Below are positions 48,122 through 60,531 of a stretch of 64,000 nucleotides of DNA, piece by piece (position 1 is the stretch's first letter; every line of letters starts with the position of its first letter). The notes under the pieces were generated by a model. That model did not search any database and was not told the origin of the DNA. It saw nothing but the letters and a program-made list of their open reading frames with translations. This DNA is from Rhynchopus sp. YZ270_cl-10. Taxonomy: Eukaryota. The stretch covers positions 1,364,001-1,428,000 of the forward strand of contig OZ037839.1 of assembly GCA_964035575.1 (NCBI GenBank), written 5' to 3'. A program made the position numbers and the translations under genes.

Positions 48122-49667
48122 GGAGGAAATGTAAGGGGGATGGGGAGGGGGAGGTGAGGTGTGTGGATAGGGTTTTGTTGCTGATGTGCAAAAAATGTTT
48201 GAGAAAAAAATGGGGTGGTATGGGAGGAGGAGGAGAGAGGGGTTGGAGGAAGGGGAAAAAATGGGGAGGGGAGGGGAGGGGAGGGGAGGGGGGAAGTGGA
48301 GCTTGCTCAAAGAGGCGACTCTGCACTATTCCAAAAAAAAAGGACAGTGGAGATTGCACAACTGTGGCAACACAACCGAGGCAACCTACCCTACGCCAAC
48401 AATTTATCAAAAAAAAAGTACAAATAAGAGAGTCGAGTCCACTTTGATCAATTTGGCGATGACACAACAACAAATTAAAAATAAAAATAACAAAAAGGCC
48501 CCCCGTAGCCAAAAACGGAAATGGAGGGGGGAGGAGGAGGGAAAGTGAGTGTACTGTAGTGCTCTAAATAACTTGGTGTCCGAATAACTTTGGTGGATTG
48601 TGAGGGATTGAGGTTATTTTTTTTTTTTTTTAATTTTTTTGAGGTGCCCCGTCACGAGAGGGCTTTGTATTTACGTCAACAATTTTTTTAACCAAAAGAA
48701 AACCGACGCAGGAGCTTTTCTTGGAACTGTTTTATTCTCCTCACCCCAACAACAACATCACATTCAGAAAAACACTGTTTTTTCGTTTTTATTCGCTTTC
48801 TTTTCTTCTTCCTCACACTTTGTTACTGTGAAGAAAAATTTTTTCGTTTGAGTGCCTCACAAAACCTAAAAATTACTTATTTGCTTTTATCTATTGTCTT
48901 CACGCTTTATCGTTGTTGTTGGGGTGGGAAATAAAATTTGTTCTGGGTTGAGGGTGGGGGGATAGTTTGTGTTTTAAATGCAACTGTGCAGGTGAAAGTG
49001 GAAAAGGTGGTACATGCATGTGAGCAGTGCGTTTGAGCGCAGGTGGTATTTATGGCATGTGTACTTAGAACTTTTCTTCTCGAAGGCGTCGTTTGAAATT
49101 GATTGTAATGGGGTGGGTGGGGGGGGCGAGGAGCGAGCTAGGGGAAAGCCGTTTTTTTTTTTGTTTGGTGCCTGTGCCCATAGTTAACAGGTCGCCGTGT
49201 ACAGTGCTTTTTCACATCCTAATTGACGTTATCTTGGTGTTTTGTGTAATTTGTACATGGCGGCTGGTATTTTAAAAACCGGGTGTGGGTTTTCTTACGT
49301 CCATACAACAACAACACGGGGTACATCATCTCCCAGGAATGGGCTTGTACCCGTGGGCAATTCAAGTAGTACAAACAGCATTCCTATCTCCCCAATTTTT
49401 TTTTCTGCGTTTTTACCCTCCGATGTGGGTTAACGCGCAATTCCTTTTTGACTTCACGTCTACGGTATCACTATTCAAAAATAAACAGAGCACAAAGCAC
49501 TTTCAAAACAAAAAAATAGTGGAGTTTATCCTCGGGTGTCTACACTAATACAACAAAGTTTTCAAAAAAAAAAAAGGAAAGAAAGAAGGCAAAAAAAAAA
49601 AACCACAAAGCAACCACATCATAACACACTCATCTTTTCCCCGTCGAAAGGTATCCCCTTTCGTTTC

Positions 49668-50070
49668 ATCCCCCCCTATCCCCCCTATCCCCCTATCCCC
49701 CCCCCTATCCCCCCCTATCCCCCCTATCCCCCCTATCCCCCCTATCCCCCCTATCCCCCTATCCCCCCCTATCCCCCCTATCCCCCCTATCCCCCCTATC
49801 CCCCCTATCCCCCTATCCCCCCTATCCCCCCTATCCCCCCTATCCCCCTATCCCCCCCTATCCCCCCTATCCCCCCTATCCCCCCTATCCCCCCTATCCC
49901 CCCTATCCCCCCTATCCCCCCTATCCCCCCTATCCCCCCTATCCCCCCTATCCCCCCTATCCCCCCTATCCCCCTATCCCCCCCTATCCCCCCCTATCCC
50001 CCCTATCCCCCCTATCCCCCTATCCCCCCCTATCCCCCCTATCCCCCCTATCCCCCCTATCCCCCCTATC
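49668..50070. repeat. (ATCCCCCCT)n array; G-quadruplex-prone on the - strand
   Basis: Direct reading; second, perfect array at 50466-50699. Confidence 0.95.
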
Positions 50071-53005
50071 AACCACCCTGGTGGAGTGGCTTTTGCCACG
50101 ATTGGGGAGATCTAATGGATATAGACTGACTATCTTTTATGTTGACTTTTGTTCTTGCTCTATTTGGGCAGAATAGCTATCATTTCCTCGGAACTCTTCG
50201 AGTTCCGGTTGGCCGGGAACGCAGCTGTGCCGATTAACCCCACCTTTAACACAATTCAACCACCATCTTCATCAGGATTTCTTTGTTTTTGTTGCGGTGT
50301 GTTTTCTGCCTTGCGTCCCCCTCATCGTTTTCGTTTACAGCATATTATCCAAAGACCTCCTCTCCATCCCCCCTTTCTTTTGCCTTTATCATCAGTTCTG
50401 GAACCGGTTCGTCGGTCTCCTCTATTCCTCACTTTTATTGGCTGTCTATATCCTATACTAGATCTCCTATCCCCCCTATCCCCCCTATCCCCCCTATCCC
50501 CCCTATCCCCCCTATCCCCCCTATCCCCCCTATCCCCCCTATCCCCCCTATCCCCCCTATCCCCCCTATCCCCCCTATCCCCCCTATCCCCCCTATCCCC
50601 CCTATCCCCCCTATCCCCCCTATCCCCCCTATCCCCCCTATCCCCCCTATCCCCCCTATCCCCCCTATCCCCCCTATCCCCCCTATCCCCCCTATCCCCA
50701 TTATTTAGAAAGAGGATAAGTCGTAATCTCATACAAAGTAACGCGCCCTTCCTCTCCAACCCCACGTCTACAAAACTATCAAGCACAATTAAACAGAGCA
50801 CAAAGCACTTTCAAAACATACAAAAAACATTTTCAAACCCCCCTCCATTATTTCCTTTTGTCTTTTACTCCCCAAATATTTCATCAACAAAGAGAACATA
50901 GTGTGATCGGAACCCAAAAAATCTCCCCGTACTTTTCCCGTCTGGTTCCGACCACATCAGAATATAGATTGTATATCATCCAAAATCTGCCCAGCCGTAT
51001 AGAAAAGCCCGATTTTGGTCTGGTTTTTAAGTGATCCATTTTTCGTTAAAAAAATTGTCCGACCCCGGAATTTTTTCAGATTGCCCCGGAAATTCATATA
51101 AGCGCGTTTTCGGAGGGAAAAATTGCACCCTCGGTGTCGCAAACGCTTGCGGGCGTGCCCGCAATCATCCTCGGAATTATTAGCCCAATTTTTTTTTTCG
51201 ATTTTTATTTATTTTGAAAGATCGGGTGTAAAATCGTTCAATTCCGGGGTCGGACAATTTTTTTTATGCACCTGTGGTTTTCTGAAGAAAAATCGTGAGG
51301 GGGGTGGTTTTCAGTAGGTTCCTTAAGGTTTTCCCTTACCACACCCATTTCCTTAAGGATTTCCCTTGTAAACCGGGGTTTTCCTTCTAATGACCAAGAT
51401 GTTTCACCATGAAGTAACTTCAAGAAAGTTTTCGATTTTTTTTTCTTTGGAATGAGGGTTCACAATATCATTCAAATAACGCCGGTTTCGTCTCGCAGAA
51501 AAATTTTTGCTGTCACTAGTATTTGTGCGGGAAGTTGGCCCGTTTTGCTAAGGAATTTGCCTGTATTAGTACCTAATAGCCATGGTCTGGTTTTTATGTA
51601 ACTTCAACTCCACTAAAGTTTTCGATTTTTTTTTTTATTTTATTGGGCGGAGTCCGGAAATGCATATAGGCTAAATTTTTTGGGCGTTTGTTGACACTTT
51701 ATTTCTTGAGTAACCGATAAGAAAACGAGAAAAAACCGACACGGCCATTTCAGAAAAAAGATTTTTTTTATTTTTTTGAGATTTTTATTTCTTTTGAAAG
51801 CGCGGTTTCGAAACGTTCAATTCCGATGTCGGACGATAAAAAATATGCATCTCACATTTCTGAGTGAAAAATATGAAAAAGTATACGGCTAGCGAGATTT
51901 TGGATGATATACCCACTAAAAAATGATTGCCCTTACACCCGAGGGTTCCCTGCAACAATGGGGGCGAATGGGAAATTCCCTTTGAGCGAATAAACCCCCA
52001 ATTTTTTATTGCAGGCCTTGAGGGAAAGAGGCTGTAAAAAGAAGAAAAAAAAACCCCCCCGTACGCCCAATATTTTTTTTCTTCTTCTCTTTTGCCGTAC
52101 GTCATACTTTGCTGTTGTTTTTAGCTCCGCGTACAGTTACCCAGTCAAAAAGCAAAAAAAAAAAAAAAAATTTGGATGCGGAACCACAACGCTTCATGTT
52201 GGGCTTTTCATCCAGGGGGTGGGCTGGCATCGTGGGTTACCCAGTTGCAAGGTGTGTGCCTGCATCAATGACGTTTCTCTCTATTTTTGTGTCCGTTGAG
52301 TACGCTCACGGAGGTGTCTTGCTGAAGGACTATTTTTCTTTTTCTTTTTTCTTTTCTTTTTTTTTTAAATCTTAACTGCGCTCCTGTGAAGAAAAACCAC
52401 GGCTGCTATCTAGTGATATAGTAGTCTATAGTTAAACAAAAGTTTTGTCTTAATCAGTATGCACGCGCAGAGGGGGCGCTACATGGTGTTTCTTTTTTTT
52501 TTTTTTTTGTTGATCCCTATACCTATGCTTGGTGCTCCTGAAATAAAAATACCAAGTGCGCAACAACTACGCACAAAGTGCGCAGCAAGTACGCAAAATG
52601 GGGTTTTCAGGAGTACCTATGCTATCAATTTATTTGACTGCATATGTCGAAGTACGGTATGCATCTTCCAAGCTTTCTTTCTGTTCAGAGTGGCGCTGGT
52701 GGACAAAACTCCATCTTTCGATTGAAAAGAATATCTTAATCATTTTCAGAGTGGTGGTGATGTGGTGCTGCTACCTCTGCGAAGGCGAGCGACAACCGCC
52801 CTCAGTTCTAGTGTAACGCGTATTTTCCCCCACTCAAGGTGGCTGATCCTGAGATGCTAGTGGCTTAGGTTCCTTTGATATAAAAATAAAAATGTGGTGG
52901 CCGTCACGGAGAGTGTCATACTGGGAGAATTCCTGGGCCACTTTTCCGTGCCAGCCACTGATATTTTGTATCTACTTTCTCAACCCTTAATGGAATATCT
53001 CTTTA

Positions 53006-53943
53006 GGGTAGATAAACAAATTTATTTGTTTCTTGTCCACCGTACGTACAGAATCTCGAGATTCCCAGAAAAAAATGTTTGTTTTTAAAAATGTTTATTG
53101 TGACCTGAGCGGTACTTTAGAGTGTTTTTAGACACACTTGTGACCCCACCGAGGAAAGCAATCGGCTCGCGCAATCAAAAGAAAGCAGAGAAAAGGGAAA
53201 AAATAAAAAGGAAAAAAGTTGGGTACCGTGCGCCTGCGGCGCTACCTGTTCCTAGTCAACAACACAATTTCATCTGAAGTTGGGTTTGCAGACCTGAAAA
53301 TGACCCTTGCTTACGAGTATGGGTTCATACTTTGTGAAAATTTAAGTCACTAAAATTTTGCCCATTTTTCCGTATATCCCCCACCACAGCCCGGGATTGG
53401 CTCGGAAATGCCACAAAACACTGTTATTTCCACCCCTTGATGCACAACTGTTTGAGGTGTGTTTTTTTTTGGTCCCGAAACACGATTTTTCAGACTTTCC
53501 AAAAGTGGGCACGAAGCCTGCTCCGTAACATTCAGGGCTAAGTGTGAGCTTCCTTCTTGTCAGTGAAGGGATGACCTTCGGGACTTAGCGAGGCCAGAAA
53601 CATCCTCGGAAATGCTGAGCTGAGCGTGCAGAAGATCTGCCACGGAAGCATGCAAGGCGCTATCCGCGCAAAATGTGGAAGCGTTCTGGGAGCAGTGGCG
53701 AACCGCTAAACGTACAAGAACATTATAAAAAACTGAGAACTAACATCGCCGTATCCCCCCCAATGACACCTACCATCAACGAGGCATGTGAAATCAATGT
53801 AGTTGTCTCCCTTCTGCTTGCCCCGCTCCCATGGTAGCGATTTTTTTCCAACATTTTTTTCCCAACTAATATTTTTTTCCGTACGTACGTACAGAATTTC
53901 AAAACGTCTCGGACAAGAAACAAATAAATTTATTTATCTACCC
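53006..53943. mobile_element. PIF/Harbinger-like MITE
   Basis: TIR GGGTAGATAAA(C/T)AAATTTATTTGTTTCTTGTCC; TTA on both flanks. Confidence 0.8.
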
Positions 53944-55780
53944 TTACACAAAAAAGACAGCTAAATAATTCACACTTTAATTATTTCCCCCACTTTTTTT
54001 TTTTTGTATTTTTTTTTGTTGATTCATTGAATGTTGAAATACGTTTTTTTCCCCTTTTTTTCTTTTATACGATGCTGTGTGTTTCGTCGGGTTGCCGAAC
54101 ACGGGGAATACTGCGAGAAAGACCCGCTGTCTGCATCAAAGAAAGAATCCCAAAGGCATTCTGATAACGTTATCCCCCCCAATAAAGGGGCAGGGGCCGA
54201 AACTACTTTTATTTTGTTACTGGTGTGATTCAGGGGGTACGGAGAACCCACGGACAACCCACGGAAAAACCACGGGGGAACCACGGAGAACTGTTTCAGG
54301 CTATATTAAGATTTGCGGAGCACCTTCGGGAGAACCACGGGGGAACCACGGAGAATCCGTTTGGGTGATCACACCAGTTACCTTTTTTTTATTTTCCAGC
54401 GCTTTTTTTGGTGACATAGTGCCTGATTGATATCAGACTTGGATTTTCTACTTTATTTTCAAAATCTTAACGTACACTCTCTGTTGATTCTAAAACGGCG
54501 GAGGGTAAAAAAGCGCGAAAGGTAAATTGGGGAAGAGGTTGAAAAGTTGGAACGCTTCCTCACCCCCAGATCACGCATTTTCAAAATAAATACCCCCAAT
54601 AAAACTGCCCTTAAAAGGTTGAGGGTGAACTGTGTCTGCACCTTACGCAAAGGCTTCGGCCAACTTTGAGTACAAGACTACCGTAGTGGGCCTCTGTCAT
54701 CTGCACTGATTGTGAAGACCGTCTGTGTGGCAGCTCATCAAGGATGAAAGTGGAGATTGCACCAACTGTGGCAACACAACCGAGGCAACCTACACTACTC
54801 CAACAATTTATCAAAAAAAGAAGAGTGTGCAGACCAGATAGAGGATTCACTTTCAAGTAGCTATTACTCTGATTCCCTCCCCTTCCTTAATCTAGAGCAC
54901 TGTGGTCCTCAAAGCACTTTCAAAACAAACAAAAATAGTGGAGCACACTCTACTAATACAACCAAGTTTTCAAAAAAAAAAACATTTTCAAACCCCCCCT
55001 TCCTTAATCAGGAACAGGACGGCTTGTCAGCCCTGGATTTTCCACAGCTTTATTATTATTTTTTTTCAAAATCCCCAAAACCAGTTTTCACGGTTTTCAA
55101 AACCGGTAAACCGGCATATTAAACTCCCTTGATTTTGTGCGAAGCTTTCTGTAAACAAACACGCCCCTTTTTTGTTATTTAATTTCTTTGTTCAAGGTCA
55201 CTCAGCGAGATCTTAGGATGACAACTCCTGTGTGTTCCCCTCTTCTTTTTGAACCGATTCTTTTTTGTTTTTTTTAAGGATTCCATTTTTTTCCTTTTAG
55301 ATGTGTGCACGAGAGGCACATTCATCTTTGCAAGTTTCTTTTCTTTGTGTTTATCTGGTATTCTCCACCCTGAGGAAAAGGCCTCTGTTTCGAGGCCGCT
55401 GAGTTTGCTGCATTTCCAGCATTGCTCGAGGGGAGGAATCCAATTTTTTTTTGTTGTTTTATATTATTTCCACCACCACTTTGTTTAATAATTTGAGGGT
55501 GTAAAAACAGAGGAAACTAACCATTTTTTTTTTTTTTTGTGTTATCAAGCATTGACGAATAGAAATGGAAAACGACGGATGGTGCGTGCCCGCTTTAGGG
55601 TATTGTTTTTCCACTAACATCACTCACATTCATCAGTGAAAAACACAAACCTTTTGCGGTGCGATAAACGAAAAAGTGTTTTCTTTATGTCATTTAACTG
55701 TCATATCCTGAAGTCGTTTTCTATTTTTGTGACCATCTTTTTTTTTTAATCCCTCTCTTTATTTTTGTGATGCCATTTTT

Positions 55781-55811
<31 letters not shown>

Positions 55812-58573
55812 CGGTTTTTGATTCTCAGAACCGCAGTAGTCCCCGAAAACATACCAACTACAAACCACCTAGAGGAACCACAAAAACGGCAGCATCACCC
55901 AAGTTTTGATACAGAAAACACTCAGATGATGCCTGAAATGAAATATTCAAAATATTCAAAAAAAAAAAAAAAAAAAAAAGGACACAACTTGCACCTGGGG
56001 GGCGTTTTATCAGGACCAGCATTCCACCTTGTGAAAAGTTGACTTATTTTAGGGTTGGATGTGCAGTTCTGGGTCCCGACCTGCTTCTGAGGGTGGTTTC
56101 AGCACAAAAAATTGAGCAAAAAGGTGAAATCATATCGGAAAAATGGTATTTTTGTTCGGGGCTGCGACCCTCCCTTACCCCCAAGCAAACCCCAAGCGTG
56201 CCCAGCGTCCGCTGATGTACGATGCGGCGTTTCGCACTCTTCAACTTTTCTTTCGTTCATTCTTTCTTCTCTCTCCACCCATAGCCCATCACCCCACCCC
56301 ATCCCAAATGTCTGATTTCTGATGCCAAATGGCTTCGCGAGGGGATCACCCCTCCTGTTCATCTGCTCTTCGGGAAGGAAGTACGTAAGGACGCAGACAA
56401 AAGAAGGCCCTTTTTTTTTTTTTTTGATTTAAGGTGACTAAGCACAAGAGGCTTAGGTACGTCTTTTCCCTTCTTTTAACCACAAAAAATGGTCCATTAA
56501 AAAATGCAAGTGGAGGGGTAAAGGGGACACCTGCAGACCACTTCAGAAGAGCTTTGTTTGGTCAAAAAAAAAAAACTTGTGTTCACATAAAAGTGTTTTG
56601 TGCAGCAGTGTGTGGGTCACATTCTTTCATTAAAACCCCCCTTTTTTCAAGCAGGTCTCTTGTCTTCCCAGATGAGTGCAATGGGGCAGTACCCAGAAAG
56701 GGAAGCCAGCCCTTGATGAAAGCCCACGACCCGCTCACTGCAGGGTGTCCCCCATCTCTTCCACCACCAAGCTAGATCAACAAGCCCCTAGATGTAAATT
56801 TTTTGTGTTTTATTAAAATCTGTATGGGGTCTCTCTGCGGTACGGAAATATGCGAAAAAAAAAAAAAAAAGGATTTTTCACATGCAAAGGGCTGAGGTGT
56901 CTGTAAAGTACAGTTAATCTTCTTCTTCTTTTTTTTTTTTTTTGACATTCGCTCTCTCTCCCCCGCTCTTCTTGTGCACAGTGAGTTACGGAGGTACGTT
57001 CATCTTTTAAGGTGTTATGGATGCATGTAGACACGTGCGGCATATTCGCGTTGATACTTTTATATTTGAGACTGCCTTGCAAAACGTATCTGAGTGTGCC
57101 CGAATTTTTTTTAGTGAGAGCGACGTAAACACGACAACAACTTATCCACAGAAACGTTTTTGATTTTTATTTTGTCCCTACACACCTCCACAAAAAATCC
57201 GGTGCGATCAACGGAAAAATTCTTTTTTCTGATTTCCGTTTCGTTCTTTATTAGACTTGCTCAAAACTCAGATATCAATTGTTATTTCTTCTTCCTCTTT
57301 CTTTCTGGTCTTTTCCCAACAACCTCCCAAGCACAACACTCTGGGGGTCCATAACCCGCGGAGCGTCAGGTGCCTGCCCCGAGGCGTTTGCACATAATAA
57401 ACTTCACTTTTTTTCTTGCCCCCTCCAGGGGTCTCCCCGCAGGATTCAGGGATTTTTGGGTTCACAGGGGTACCAAAAACTATCCCCCCCCCAAAAAAAA
57501 AAAAAGATTCACCTGAGAGGCAGGAGGTGAAACTCCTGCGGTTTTGTTTGACAAACCGGGGCGGATTTTGTTGGGGTGCAGGGGTGGGGGCTAACAGTCT
57601 GCAAGGCCACTGTCGCCTCTGCACGTAAACGTCGTTTGCTGTAGCGCTTCTGTGGCTCTCGAGGATGATGACCCCTCTTTGTCGTGATCACGGACATTCG
57701 TGTAACAATGTCCCTTTTTTCTCTCTCGTGAGTAAGGTGACTCAAAGCTCGTAAGGCTTGGGTACATCTCACAAAAAAAAAATATTTTTTTTTTTTCTTC
57801 TTCTTCTTTCCAACCCTCCCTATTTTGTGCAAAAGCCCCATAAAAAATAGTCCACAAAATAAAAATAACAGTGAAAGCGGTCTGTATGGCAGCTACACTA
57901 ATCCAACAAAAAAATTTTTTTTTTTTTTTTTTTTTTAAATCTGTCAGACCAGAGTTTCCGAATTTGTCTCAATCTCTGCCACGCTCTTTAGGGATAAGGT
58001 GTGCTGTCTGTTCCGAGCTCCCTCCCTCCCCCGATACCACACAACCCTTCTTTTTTTTTTTTTCCTTTTTTCTTTATTCTTGAGTGGTGTTCCTGAGACA
58101 CCTGTCAAGGACATGTCGATATAGTCCCTCCGGAACACCATTGTCATATTATTGTCGTCAGAGCCCACCTCTTGGGTAATTCGCTTGACACGCGAGCCCG
58201 ATGAACAACCACAACAAAAAAAAATCACGTAAAATGGAGTGGCTGAAGGGGGGTGATTCGCACTTCTTGCACCCCCCCATTCAGCCACACCATAAAAGCG
58301 TTTTGTTTTGTACAGCTCACCGTGGCAGCTACACTTTACCAGCAAGATTTATCACAAGCCCCTTTCCCCGACCGTTCTAATGTACGCTTTGGCCACCAAC
58401 AGATCGCTAAAAAAAATATTTGCATTTTGTTTTCCCCAATATTTTGTGATGACTGCTTGGGAGTGCACAGTGCATATACGACACACCAGCTTTTTAGCCC
58501 CACCCCTACCCCCTCCCCAAAACAACAAAAAGAGGGCACAGTACACGATGGTGAAATAATATATATTATTGAC

Positions 58574-59459
58574 GTGTAATATTTTTGCCTTTATTTCACG
58601 CACAGCCCCAAAAAACCCCGAGGAGTGGTTTTTTTCCCCGAGGGCGCAGCCCGAGGGGAAAAAATACCACTCCGAGGGGTTTTGGGGCTGTAAGTGAAAT
58701 TAAGGCAAAATATTACACCAACAATACATTTTTTTATTGCACAACGGGGCACTTTTATTTCACAACCCGGGGGTCTGCTAAACGCTTAGTTCTCAAGGCT
58801 TACGTTCATCGTATCAACGTCCCTTTGGTGTTGGGGTTATCTTCATTCAAATTTTTCTCTTTTCGAAATATCTTTATCTCCTGTATCACAACCTTGCAGA
58901 GTTGCTGATGTCCGACCTAAACACCATTGAGGCAGATGGAGTGGCCACTCCACAGGCAGCACTGTTCCCGTAGGTGGGCACACCCCACCCCCACCAGCCG
59001 CATCCGCTTCCATCTAAGGTGAAACACGTGAAAAAATCCCTCAGATGCTCAAAATACCCAAATTTTGCGTTTTTTTGCATTTTTCGGTACCCCAAGACCC
59101 CACCCAGGAGTCGAAATTTTCCGGGGAAAAAATTTTTTTTTTCCCGATTTTTCGGATTTTTGCTAAGGCGCTGGCCCATACAAACCGGTTTTTTGTACAG
59201 AAAATGACCGGGGAATAAATATGTGATGCTCAAAACATCAAAATTCTTGCTTTATTTGCATTTTTGGGTCCATCTGAGCCCAAAAAAAAATTTTTTTTTC
59301 GGCTGAAAATTTTGTCTTTGCGAAAAAAAAAAAAAAATCGAGCAGTGAAATAAAGAGTGAAATAAAGAAATAAAGCCTTTTTTATTTCACTGCCGTTTTT
59401 ATTTTTCTACAGGAATTTGTTAGGGGAGTGAAATTAAAGTGCCCCGACGTGCAATAAAT
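58574..59459. mobile_element. Crypton-like non-autonomous element
   Basis: Long hairpin 58574-58718 centred on CGAGGGCGCAGCCCGAG, followed by a second inverted-repeat pair at 58733-58763 / 59428-59458. Confidence 0.55.
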
Positions 59460-60531
59460 GACTTGATTTTTTTTTTTTTGTGGTTTTCATCGTTGGCTTA
59501 CAACAGGGGGAAACCAGAAGTCAGAGTATTTACTTCACCATCATGTCAGGCAAGATCCCAACCAAAAAAACGGTCATTCAGAGTAAGAAAAAAGAAGAGT
59601 GAGCCTTGAGGATGCATTTTCCCACCCTTTCCCCTCCTGACGGCGGTCAACGGAGGAGAAAAAAAAATACAGGGGTTTTCGCTGTTGATTCACACTTCAC
59701 TTAATACTCAGATATGGCCCCTTGGTGGTTTTCTTGAGGTGCCCTTTATTGATGTGTGTTCACGGGAGGCACATTCATCTTATATGCCCTTTTTTCTTTT
59801 TTGTGTAAAGCATCGTCGAGAGAGTCCATCGGATAACGATAGGGGAATTTATGGCGATTTCTGTGTACAAAGAAGAAAAAAAGATAAGGTAGTTTGTGTT
59901 GGGTGCTGCACGGTGGCCATGTGGCCCGGGTATCAATGTTATTTTCCTTTATTACGTACCAACGTAATAAAGTTATTATTTCGTATACCTTCTATCCACC
60001 TGATTTTTACCCCGCGTTTAGGCGCGTAAAGGCTGGGAAAAATGGGTGGGGTTTGGCCTGTACGGGCCTACACGGGCCTTTACGAGGGGTGAATCAGGTG
60101 GTCTATTCAGTAGAAAGAAGATGAAATGATAACTTTATTGTGTACCATGTTAAAATGACGCTTTTTGCATGAAATGCACGCAAGAAAAACATGCAAAATC
60201 ATGTTATTTAGCAATGTTGCCCGGGGTACATGGTCACTGTGTGTGGAGTGGTGGCTGAGGGGGGTGAGGGGGGGAAGCGTCTTAGTCGTAACAAAACAAA
60301 ACACCAACCTCCCTTTCCCTCCCCACCCCCGCCCCACCCCCCCCCCCCCCCCCCCCCCCCGCGGCTGGCTTACTTCGCACGAAGGCGTTTGCTTATGTTC
60401 CAATTACCCCTGTTTCGTGAACTGAGAAGCTGAGGAGGTATCAATATAGCTCCGCAATAATGGGAAGTCAGCCGGCGGGGAAGGTGGGCGTGATATATAG
60501 GAAAATTTTTTTTTTGTTGCTGCACATTGAT

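Larger units (their letters stand above)
453..57914 (+). repeat. Dispersed hairpin family A (AGTGGAG-variable stem-CTACACT-AATACAACCAAGTTTTC-polyA), about 15 copies; span is first to last copy
   Basis: Copies at ~453, 2803, 5205, 8735, 21199, 21261, 31452, 42710, 43603, 48295, 48346, 49518, 54749, 54937, 57870; all on +. Confidence 0.85.

Noticed and set aside
49668..50699. Telomere-like C-rich arrays
   Set aside because: Unit ATCCCCCCT is not CCCTAA, and the arrays are internal.
57426..57538. Possible hAT MITE (CAGGGG...CCTG)
   Set aside because: Weak TIR and no TSD.
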